From an uncultured Candidatus Saccharibacteria bacterium (GTDB taxonomy: Bacteria; Patescibacteriota; Minisyncoccia; Phycocordibacterales; UBA918): a stretch of DNA of 64,000 nucleotides. The notes under the pieces are model-generated. The model ran no database searches, had not been told where the DNA came from, and saw nothing but the letters and a program-made list of their open reading frames with translations. The position numbers and the translations under genes were made by a program. The stretch lies in NCBI GenBank assembly GCA_964552045.1, contig CAZKFF010000004.1, positions 20,368 to 84,367 on the forward strand. The letters run 5' to 3'. This document shows, piece by piece, positions 19,323-31,300 of this stretch (position 1 is the first letter of the stretch; each line of letters opens with the position of its first letter).

Positions 19323-22300
19323 TTAATCGCCTATTGCGTAGAAGATGTTAGTTCCCTGGTGCGGATTGCTTGCCACGCCGTACGGTATCTCGATGCCCCA
19401 GTAGACGACGTCAGTAACCGGGCTTGAGCTTGATGTCGGCTTAGTGAGATCAACCTCAAGGTCGGTAGCTGTGGTCGAGGATAGTGCGCTGCAAGATGTA
19501 CATGCAGTGTAGGTGAATGTCGAGGTTGCAAACAACTGTTCAGACGCGGGGATGAACGAGGATCCGCCGTCTGTGAGGTCGGTTCCCTCAAGTTCGATAT
19601 CGATCGGCACATTGCCGAGGTTCTGTACGGTCGTGGTCGGATTGTACGAACCGGTTGTCGAGGATACTGCAAGAGGCCCGTAATTGATCGCTGCGTCAAC
19701 ATCAAGCGCATGAAGTGTGAGGAGCTCGATCTGCGTAGTGGTCGGCGTTGAGCCGATGTCGATGCCTCCTCCCTGGTCGGAGACCTCGACCGCAGCAAGC
19801 CACTCTTCACCTTCATAGGCGCTGCCTGCGTCGGTTGCATCAGCATGGAAGTAGAAATCAGCGCTGCAGGAGATCGAACAGCTGTTTCCGGAACAGCCTG
19901 ACAGTTCACATAAAGGTGCAGCAGATACGTAACAGTTGTTATTGTCCGGCGTACATGCCGCACCCACGCCGCTGCGGTACATTGTTGCGGTTGCATGTGT
20001 GAGATCGTCAAAGCCGTTGAGGTCGGTTACCGTACCCGTGGTATATACCGTTGTGGTCGATCCCGGCACGAGAGCGATGGCGGCACCCCCATTGAGCGAC
20101 ACATTCGTGACGATCGGATCGAATCGGAGTTCGAGCTCTGCAACGCTCAGATATGTATCAAGCGGATCGCTTGCATCAGTCACCCGCAGACAGTATGAAG
20201 GCGCTGAGGCATTGATGGTCGGCGTGAGGGCATATTCCAGTTCGGTATATTCGTCCTGGTCAATGGTGAGTGCAGCAGTGGTGTTTGACGGATCTTCAAC
20301 GACCTTACCGGAAGTGAACTGTCCATCTACCTCAAAGAGGAGATCAGTGGTAGCTCCATTGTCGGTGAGATGGCTCGATGCCTGCATACACAAAGGCGAA
20401 CTGCCGCACGAGCTCTGTGGAGGCACAATCGCATAGCTTGCGCTGCTGACCGCCTCACAACTCGGTGCTGCGCCTTTTGTCGCATATTCAATGTCGAATG
20501 TCTGGCCGGTGATCTGCAGTCCGGAATTCTCGACAGCCACACGCAATCGGGCAATATCCCCGTGCGTGTAGGCATATGATTCGTCGAGGTCAGCAGCCCA
20601 GCTTGCTCCCCCGCTCACCTGTTTGTCGCCGAAGTAGACTGTCGGTTCGGTATCGACGTGCGGCCGCGCACTATAATTGTCCCATCCACCGTTCTGGAAC
20701 CAGAAGGTGAAGCCGATGCCGCCCGAGGTGTATGTATTGTCGCTTGCGGATGCCGTCGCTGCCGTAGCTCCATCTTTTGAGAGCGTCACATCCATGTCCC
20801 CGCCAGTCTGCCAGTCGATCTCAACCTCGTACCATCCCGAACCTAAGGTCGGGAAGTCAACCGTACTTGAGGCAAGAACGGTTCCCGACGAATCAGTGTT
20901 CTGTGCGTTCTCCACGATCGACATGCGATCGACGCCGAACTGTTCAAGACAGATGGCGTAGTTCTGATTGCTGGTTACGGGCGATTGCACACCGAAGAGT
21001 GTACAGACCTCATCGCCGTTGCCTGCGTCGGTATCTACATACTGCATATACCGGATGATCTGTCCCTGGCTCACCGTAAGTCCAGTGTCCGCAATACCGT
21101 CAGTGGCTTTATCGCTCTCATGTGCGGTCGCATCAAGTCCGAACGAGCCGCCATAGGCAAAGCTGCTGCCGACATTAAATAGGCTTGTATCGCCGCTGTA
21201 CTCGGTTATGTTTCCGTCCTCGAAGTCGTCTGCGGCGATGAATGCGTCTGCACTCGAGCTTGTGGACGAAGCAGTTGCATTGTCGAAGTACATGTAAAGC
21301 GTTGTTATATCTTCAGCAGCAAGGCTCGGCACCTGCACCCATATGTCCGCGTCGGCACTTGCGGTGTACCGCTCAATGAAGTGCGGGATGGTGGTTGTTC
21401 CGCTTGCATCAGTGAAGCGGAGATCATCAAAGTCTCCCTGCATCGCGGCATCATAGGCAACAGACAATTTGACTGCTGCATCGGTATAGGTTGCTGCGTC
21501 AGGATTCTCCAACCGGACCCGCTTGCGCGCACCCCATGATGCATTGAACCACTCGCTGTCCGGCACATCGACGCCGCCGTCATCGTGGCGCCAGCGGTAG
21601 TGCGTCTGCTGGGTGAGGAGACACGAACTGTCGTTCCATCTGATGGAACCGCAGGCGGTCGCGCCATCATCATCGTAATCCTCACCGGCAAGATTACCCG
21701 TGTGGCTGACGAACGCCCAGGCATTGGTCGTCGTGCCGATGAGCGTGACGTTCGTACCCGTGATCGCCGTGGTCGTTGCAAAACGGTTTCCAGAAATGAC
21801 CTTCGACGCATTCGCATCAAGGGTCGCGGATGACAGCGTGATAAGGCTTCCGCCGCTGACTGCAAGTTCAAAGTCTCCCTGCGACAACGAAGTAATGAAC
21901 GGTGTGCCGGAGAACAGCAGCCCTTCGGCATTGAGATCCCGGTACCGATAATAGAGTGCGTTGAATGTGCCGTCAGACACCGCGAACGCATAGGTACCGC
22001 TTCCCTGGTTCTGGACGGTTGTGCTGTTGCCGGAAGCGCCGATCATGTAAAGCGTGCCCCCATCCACGGTTGTGGTTGCATTGCCGGCAATAGAGACTGT
22101 CACTGCCCGCTCGATACCCGCCAGACTGGCGCCGTCAAAGTCGGTGGCATAACTCCAGTATTCAGTTGTCGTGCTGACATGGAAATCGCCGTATATGGTG
22201 AGCGCTCCGTCACTTCCTCCATGATCCTGCGAATACAGCGAAGCTGACGGTTGCACTGTAGTCGTATCCGCGCTTGAGTTCCATACGCGGATATCAGTAT

Positions 22301-25300
22301 CGTCACCCACGATCAACGTCCCGTACTGATCTCCGTCAGAAAGTTTCGTATTTATCGAATAGCCTGCCCCCGCATCAAGGATGAGTGTCGCTCCGCTCCA
22401 GGTAGTTGCACCGCCGCCGACATTGTTCGTAAAGACATTACCGACATAAAGACGGGTGCCGCTCTGCTGCGTGAACGATGACGCCAGTGACAGTGAGAAG
22501 TTGTGCGTAGCGGTCGCATTGCCAGTTATGGCCCATCCGCCGCCGGCGTTTGCCAGAACTACATTGTAGAAATTGCTGTTGCCCGGATCTATGGTCTCGC
22601 CGGCATCAGCTGAATTGAAGAGCACCGTGCCGGTCGCACTGTCGAACAATCCGCCTGACGCATCGAATGAGCCTCCGATCGCAAGCGTGCTCGAAGCGAA
22701 CAGAACTGATCCCTGCGCGATACGCAGATCGTCGAGAAGCGAGAGGCTCTCATCCTCCATAGTAAATGTGCCGGCGCCGCTGAATATGACTGCATACAGA
22801 TCAGAACTCGAAGCAAGCAGGGATGCGCCGGTGTCATTGGTGAAATACAGGTCTGCAGTATTGTGGACGATATCCCCTCCGGTATTTCTGAAGTCGCCAC
22901 CGACAGCGAACGCGCCTGACGGCAGCGTGAGCGTTCCCGCCTGGACCGTGACCGATCCGGTTGTGGTCGCATTGGCGTCAGTCATGGTCCATGCGCCGCC
23001 CACCCCGTTGAAGATGAGCTCCTCAAGATTCGAACCGCCGGCGCGGAGAATATTGCCGGTTGTTGCCGCGTCGAACACAAGCGTGCTGCCGTTGATCACA
23101 AATGAACCACCGTTGTTGCTGAACGAACCGCTCACGGTGGTTGTGCCGGTCGGGAACGTAAGCACGCCGTCTGTAATGAAGATGTTCTGTACATCGAACG
23201 TGGCATCGGTTATGCTCCAGCTGCCGCTTCCGCTGAAGACCGTGTTGTAGAACGATTCACTATTGGCGTCAATTGTGCGCGCAGCACCAGTTGTCGTGAA
23301 CGTTGTTGTCGACAAACCGGCATCGAAGGAGGCATTACTGCCGAGGATGAACGAACCGCCGATGCTGTGCTCCTGCGCTCCAGAGAAGCTGACTATTGCA
23401 TTGGCATAGGCTTCGAATGTCCCGTCGTATGCAGCGCCTGCGCCGCCTCCCTGAAGGGTAATATTCCCGTCAGGTTCGAATTCCTTTCCGCTCCACACGA
23501 TGAGCTTTCTGTTCGCAGGCAGCACAAGCGTATCAGGAGAACCGTCAATGGCCGTAAATGGGATATCAGCATCATCTGAAGAATCCCACACTGCCATGTC
23601 GGCAATGTTCAGCGGATCAGTGCCCTCGTGACGTACGATCACGCGGTTCTCATATATATGCATATTGCCGATGTTCGAGACCGGATCCTCAGTGACCGTC
23701 GCACCCTTCTGTGTTTCACCATCAATGTACGCGACAATGGAATCACCAGGACTATATGTGACCCCGCTGACGCTGTACGCGCCTGTTGTTGCATTACAGC
23801 TTGCAGCGTATGACGTCAGTCCGGCAACGCGTACGGTGATATTGTTTGTTGTTCCATCGCAGACTCCTGATACGGTCGTTCCCTCGTCACTGTACACATT
23901 TCCCGCGATCGTAATATTCGCCGCACTGTTATCCCATACGATATAACCGGGGTCACCGTCCGGGTCAACGTCATGCTCTTCGCCGTCGAGCGAGCCGGTA
24001 TGGTTCGTGAATCGCCACGAGCTCACCGACGTGCCGGTTGCGGTGACATTGAACGCGCTGATGCCGGTGGTGGTACTGAAGTTGTTGTTGGTGAACGTCT
24101 GCGCCGGATTGATATCAATGACCGTTCCCCCTACAGTGATACCACTGCCTCCTGCTTGTGCAATCTCGAAATCTCCGTGAGAAAGTGTCACCACGTGCGG
24201 TGCGCCGCTGAATGTAAGGCCTGCGCTGTTGATATCCTCTACGGCATAGTAACTCCAGGAGGTTGAGGCACTTCCTCCGATCAGAAGACTGTACGTTCCG
24301 CTTCCCTGGTTCTCGATGGACGTCGACGCTGAAGCGCTGCCGAGCACCTGCAACCCGCCGGAGAGAAGGTTCATACCTGCACCGCTTTCGAACCGCACAT
24401 GCGCCTGGCGCTCTGTTCCTCCACCGAGCACTGCACCGTCGAAGTCTGTCGCGTAGCTCCAGTGGTCAGTGCCGCCGTTGCCGCCGTAATTTCCATATAT
24501 AAAGAGGTCGCCGTCTACTCCTGCGTGATCCTGTGAATACAGCGATCCTGACGCATCGACAACGTACGCAGAAGCAGAGGAATTCCACATACGAATGTCG
24601 GTATTCGTCCCTACAGCGAAGTTCTCATACGTATCGCTGATGGTCTTTGCATTTATTTCATAATTGGTACCGCTTACAAAGCGGAGCGTGCTTCCTGTCC
24701 AGGTGGTTGCCGCTCCGCCGAGCGCATTGGTGAATGAGCCGCCGAGGGCAAGACTCTGTCCGCTTGCAAGCGTGAACGCTCCCGTGCTTGAAGCAAGCAT
24801 GAAGGCTCCTGTTGTTGTTGCATGTTCGCTTATAGTGAAGTTGCCGCCGCCATTGACGGTGAGGTTGCCGAAAGGAGAAGTTCCCGCAGCGATGTTTATT
24901 GCTCCTGAGCCGTTGAATGTCACTGTTCCATTGCTGCTCGTGTACGTACCGTCATTGTCCCAGCTGCCTGCAACAGTGAACAAACCGGAATTGCTGCCGA
25001 TGAGCGTACCGTTGCTGCGGATGACAACGTCTCCATTGACGCCAAGCGCAGTGTCATGAGTGTCAAAAGTTGCCGCGGTAGCGCTCTCTCCACCAACGGT
25101 AAGGTCATGGAGCACCAGAATACCCAGCCCGGTTGCGGTATAGGTCGGCGCACCCGCACCCGCATTGAGATCAAGATCGTAATACGTTGTGGAAAGGAGA
25201 TTGGTCGCGCTGCCCCCACTGTACCGCACAGTACTCTGGTCCTCGAGGAAGGTACCGTTCTCAACAAAGACCGTGCCGGTTCCCGACAGGTCGAAGCGTG

Positions 25301-28300
25301 AAGCTCCGGCATCGAGATAGTGCCCCACAGCGATGAAAAGCGTTCCGCCTATGGTTGTGGTGGCTGTACCCGCTGGCGTGGTGGTGCCAATTGTTGTTCC
25401 ATTGCCGAGCTGGAGGTTATACAGGGTCCATCCCTGCGATCCGCCGAGCGTATTCGACTGTTCGAGCGTGGTCGTGCCGCCCCCAAGCGAGACCAGCCCT
25501 TCGCCGAAGAACGAACCATTCGGTATGGATATGTCACCGGTGCCGGTTACCGTACCGGTCGCTACCTCGATGTCGTCAAGGGCTGCGATATCGCCGTTGA
25601 TGTTCCAGCCGCCGCCGATTCCGCTGAAGCGGAGCTGATTGAATGTTGCTGTCTCGCCCAAAGCGACATCGATCGCCTTGCCGGTTGTGGTTGCCGACAT
25701 GAGGACGCTCGAGGAGGCTGCACTGAATACTGCTCCGGCACTTTGCGTAAATGTGCCGCCGATGGTGTATGTGGTCGTGCCGTTGCCGATGAATGAAGCA
25801 CCGTTTGCAAGATAGAGCGATCCGTCATAGTCAGTGCCAGTTCCGCCGCTTTGGAGCGTCACAGTACCCCCGGGAGTGAATGTTGTTGAGGCCCATACGA
25901 AGAGCGCATTGTCCGGTGCAACAGTGAGGAGCGGTTCAGTTCCTGTCGCCACAGTGAAGATAATATCGCTGTCGAACGTGCTGTCGTGCACCATGTCAGC
26001 GATGGTCATAGACGCAGTATCCTCGTGCCGCGTGATAACGCGATGTGCATAGAGATCAAGGTCACCAATGTCCTCTGTAGGGGTCTTCGTCACCGTCACT
26101 GCCGTTTCTCCGCCCGATGCTCCATTGAGGAACACCGTGACCGTCGGATCGCCGACGATCGCCACTCCGCTCATACTCCACGAACCGTCAACATTGCTGC
26201 ACGAGGTGTCATAGGTGGATCCATCCTCAACTACGATGCGGACAGGCGTTGACACTCCATCGCACGTGCCACCGGTAAGCGGAGTGGCGCCATTGTCTGC
26301 ATATACCGTTCCTGAGAGCGTGAGCGCAACCGAACTGTCATCCCACCGGATCGAACCTGGATCACCGGTGTCATCATCGAATGCTTCACCGTCAAAATCT
26401 CCGGATGTCTGCCTGAACCACCAGTATGATGTCGGCGAGCCGCTTGCAGAAACGTTGTATGGTATGAACGCATTTACAGACTCTTCACTTCCCCATGTTC
26501 CGTGTGAAGGTTCTGTTGCAACGATCTTTCGTATGAGCGCGAAATCCCAGTCGTTTGAAACAGTTTCCGAAAGACCACCTGTATTGAGTGCGAAATATCC
26601 TGTACGTCCGGTGCGCGCCCACGAATTCCACGTTCCATCGTCAAACCGGCCCAAGACAGATGTGCCATCATGATAGATCTCTTCGGTATACCATGTGCCT
26701 AGAGTCCACGGTTCAGAATGTGTCGGTCCCCATGCGACAAGGTCGTCGAGGAATGCCCGCGGAGTGAAACTTGAGAAGTTATGGAGAAGATAGTTATACC
26801 CCTGCCCGTTTGCTGTACTTGTTTTGATGCTCAAGCCTACACGCTGATCGTTGTTCGCACCGACTCTTGGGCGGAAACGTGCCCGGAACGCAAGGTTATT
26901 CCCTGTCTCGCCGGAACCTCCTTCAGACGCAATGATCTTTGCAGGATCTTTGGCAGTTGTCGTGGCAGTCAGTATGCCATTCGATTGAGAGTAACTGTCA
27001 ATGTTGAATGTCTGCCACTTGCTCGTGTCGAGTGAAGCACCCGAAAAGTCATCAAAGAACGTAAATGTCGCCTCACCGTCACTTTGGCTGCTTGCACTGT
27101 TGTTGCCATAGTACACATAAATGGTCGCATCAGAGCTCGAAAGATCTGCCGATACGTTAACCCACACAACAGCCTGATCGCCGTCGGTCTGGCTTTCAAT
27201 CCAATACGGAAGCAGCGTCTGTCCATCATCGGAAGTGAACCGCAGATCGCTGAAATCAGCACTGCCCTTGCTGCCAAGATACACATCATCACCGCTGTCT
27301 GTGCCAGAACCATAGTGTATGGTCATCATGATCGGGTAATCAGTTCCTGCTCCGCTTGCGCTCTGTACAACATGGCTTTTACGGTAATCCCAAGGGTCAA
27401 GCCAAGGAGATGACGAAGCTGCTGAACCGAAACGCACATTGAGTATCTGCAGTGCAGGATTAGCATCAATAACGCTCGCCGCAACACTTATAGAGCTTGC
27501 CGGCACAGTGAGATCAAAGTCACCATTTGCCAGAGAAGTGATCGAAGGAGTCCCCAAAAAGGCAAAGCCCGAAGCATCCGTATTCCGAACCTGATAATGA
27601 TCCGCATTGACTGTGCCTCCGGAAACGGTCAGTGCATAGGAGCCGCTTCCCTGGTTGTGTATGGTGGTTGTCGCGCTTGCTGTGCCGAGTATGTTAAGTG
27701 AGCCTCCACTGAACGTCGCACTTGAACCCGCTGCAAAAGCAATATCCGCCTGGCGTTCAGACCCCCCAGCGAGTGATGTTCCGTCGAAATCAGTGGCATA
27801 GCTCCAATGCTCAGTACCGGATGCCCGTTCATACGATCCCCAAATGTAAAGATCGCCATCAACGCCGCTATGGTCCTGCGAATACAGTGATCCGTCAACC
27901 GTATAGGCCGTTGATGAAGAGTTCCACATGCTCACGTGAGTTGTTGAAGCCACACGGAGAGTGCCATAGCCATCAGCACCTGCAGTTTTTGTATTGAGCG
28001 CAAAACTTCCGCCGCCAAGCGCGAGTGTGCTTCCCGTCCAGGTGGTCGCGCTTCCTCCTGCACTATTAGTGAACGTACCGCTAACAGAGAGCGTCTGGCC
28101 CGAAGCAAGTGTGAATACTCCCGCCGATGCGAGTGTAAAATCGTTCGTCGTGGTGGCGTTGCCGTTGATGCTCCAGCCGCCTGTGCCGCTATTGAATGTC
28201 ACGTTGTAGAGCGGAGATGACCCGAGCACAATGGTTTCGCCAGCATCATTCGAATTGAAGAGGACCGTGCCGCTGTTATGCACAAGCGTTGCGCTGTTGG

Positions 28301-31300
28301 AGAGCGAACCCCCCAGGGTCAAAGTACCGCTCGGCAGAGTGACCGTACCCGCAGTTACCGTGAGACTGCCCTGCGCTGTCACCGATGCGTCGACAAACGA
28401 CCAGCTGCCGCTTCCCGTAAAGGCAAGACTGTTGAATGGAGCATTCGTATCAATGGAATGAGTGCCGCTCCCGGTAAGGCGGACCGTACCGTTATTGTGA
28501 GCGAACGTACCGCCGGTATTGAGGAAAGAACCGCCGACTGCAAGAGAAGCGCTCGGCAGCGTCACCGTCCCCTGCACAATGCGGAACTCGTTTGATGTCG
28601 TGGCATGAGCTTCAGTGAACGACCATGAACCGCTCCCCTGGAATCGGACGTCGTACAGCGCATTGGTGAAGGTACCCCCATTGAACGTCAGCGTTTCGGC
28701 GGTGCTCGAATTAAAGAGTACCGATCCGTTATTATGCGCAAAGCTTCCCCCTGAGTTGGTGAATGAGCCGGCAATCGTCGTTGTACCGGTCGGGAACGTG
28801 ACCGTACCTGTTGCTATAGAAAGGTCGTTGTTGATGCCGAGTGTACTTTCGGTGAACGACCATGAACCGCCAGAACCGTTGAAGATAAGGTTATAGAAAT
28901 TATCGCCGCCTGCGGTGACGATCTGTCCGGGCTGCGTGCCTGAAAACGTTACATCACCGTTGCGCGGATTGAAGGTGTTGTTGTTGACCCAGTTACCATA
29001 CACCACAATATCGCGGTTGGATGTCGAAAGATCGAATGTGTCATCGCTACCAATGGTTACAGAAGACGCTTCAACATTACTTCCGAGCTGTACCACCTTA
29101 CTGACGCCATTGACAACCGCATAGCCGATATTCTGTTTTGGCGTGCTGTTGTCACTCCATGTTGCGATGCCAGTGCCGTCAAAAGTGGTCGTTCCAACAC
29201 CTGTCCAGAGACCGTTCGCCTGTGTGGTCACATTGCCCGCGACAGTGATCGTTTCGCTTCCGCGCGCAAGCGTGCCGTATGCGACAGTGAGCGCATTATC
29301 AACGTCAAGGCTGTCTGCGATCTCCCATTCTGATGTACCGCTTCCCTCACCAAACGTAACAGTGTAGAAATCGAGCGTACCGTCAGCGTCAGTAAGCGTG
29401 TACGGCAATCCGGAAGTGGAAGACGCAAAGGATTCACTGGCGCTTACCGCATAGAATGTACCCGGACTTGAGATGTTGCGGTACTCCGCATCAAGCCAGT
29501 CAGCGGTACGTGAGACGCTCGAAAGTCGCACCTCATCCATTGTACCGTCGAACGAACGCGCAACCCCGAAGGAATCCCATCCGAAGTCAAGATTGTTGAT
29601 GGTCGAGAGCGTATGCGTCTGGACATTGCTGCCTGAGGTCACTCCGCCTTGTGCATGTGCATACAACGTCGCCTGCGTCGGTTCGACCACGAGCGATGCC
29701 ATGTACCATTCATTGGTTGGATAGACCGCGCCTCCGGCAAAGTCCCACGCCGTCGCCGCAAGGTTCTCCCAGTGGTAGCCGATGCGGCTGGTATCCGTAC
29801 ACGCACCCGCGTTCATACCGTTCACACCGGTGCCGCGGGAGAACATGACGCCATCGCAGGCACCCTGCGTGCCGTCGGCGTCAAGGAAGATCGACCAGGT
29901 CGAATTCAAAAGCGACTGGCTGAAATTGGTCTCAATGCGTTCATCAACTCCGTCAACCTCGGCTGCGCCTCCTGCGATGCCGGCAACCCGGTCGCCTGCT
30001 TCCATGTTCACTGCCGTACCAGATGAATTGCCGGTACTATCGGCATATTGCGGCGCGCTGGCGCTCGGGCTCTCATCGAAGTGATAGACCGCCTCATAGT
30101 CGTTGTTCCATACATTCTCTGAGCCGTTGGTGGCATTGGAAGCATAATCGCTTGCACTGCTGTTGCCGTAATAGATATAAAATGTGGTGTCGCCTGCAGA
30201 AGAAAGGCTGTCGGCCTGGAAGTATATCTCGCCGGTCTGCGCGCCGGTATCAATGGACACGATCTCGCGCGGCAGTTCGGTCTGTCCATCTGCGGTAGTA
30301 ATGCGTATGTCTCCCCCGTTGGTATTGACATTACTAAAGAACGTGCTGTCGAGGTCAGACAGATCAACGTACACAGGAAAATCGGTCACCGATGTATCTA
30401 TCTGCGAGGACTGTATTGTCAGCGGCAGGCGGTGCGACCATTGTGCATCATACCAGGGGACCGAACTCTGCGTGCTCGTTGCGGTAAAGATGACCGTCGA
30501 TGTAGCCATATTCGTGGTTGCATTGTTCTCCCACGAACCACCCACACGCAGTGTGTTGCCGTTGGCCGAAACTGTTCCGTTGTTCTCAAAACTGAAGGTA
30601 GTTGCATTGCCACCGGTGCCAGGCTGGTAGGTATTGCCTGCCTTGATATACAGCTCAGTTTCGGCGCATCCGGAAGAGGCGCAGACGCTGAGGTCGTTGC
30701 TCGCATTCACGTCGAAGAAGAGGTCTTCGTCATTGGTAAGGTCATAGAGACCCAGAGATGCGTTACTCACCGTTGCTGCGTCATCCGAGCCAACAACCAG
30801 ATGTCCGGCATACAGATCGAGGCCGCTCATATTGCCGACCCCGTCATACGCGGTTACCGCAACCGCTTCCGAGCTGTCGGATGCGCCGTCAATGAAGACT
30901 GTGACAACATCACCCTGTGCGACATTCACATTGGCGATGGACCACGTTCCATTCGATATCGTTCCCGTTTTCCCTGTTTGGAGGACGCCATTAACGGCGA
31001 TCGCAACATTTCCTGAAGCGACATTGGTCGCTTCATCGTACTGCAGCGCGGTTCCCGACACGGTGATCCCCGCAGCCCAGGTGATGGTCCAGTCTGAGAA
31101 TACCGGACAGGTGCCGATATTGCAGATGAGGTTCGCTACCGGCCGGATCTGGCCGTATGTGGATGCCGGCAGCACACCGGAGAGATCGATCGGACCGGTG
31201 CTTGTCCCGCTGGAATTGCCCGGGAGGAGCGAATCAGGGACAAGCTCCCATGAATCGCCGTCGTAGTATTCGATCTGGTAGAGAATATCAGAGCCATCAA

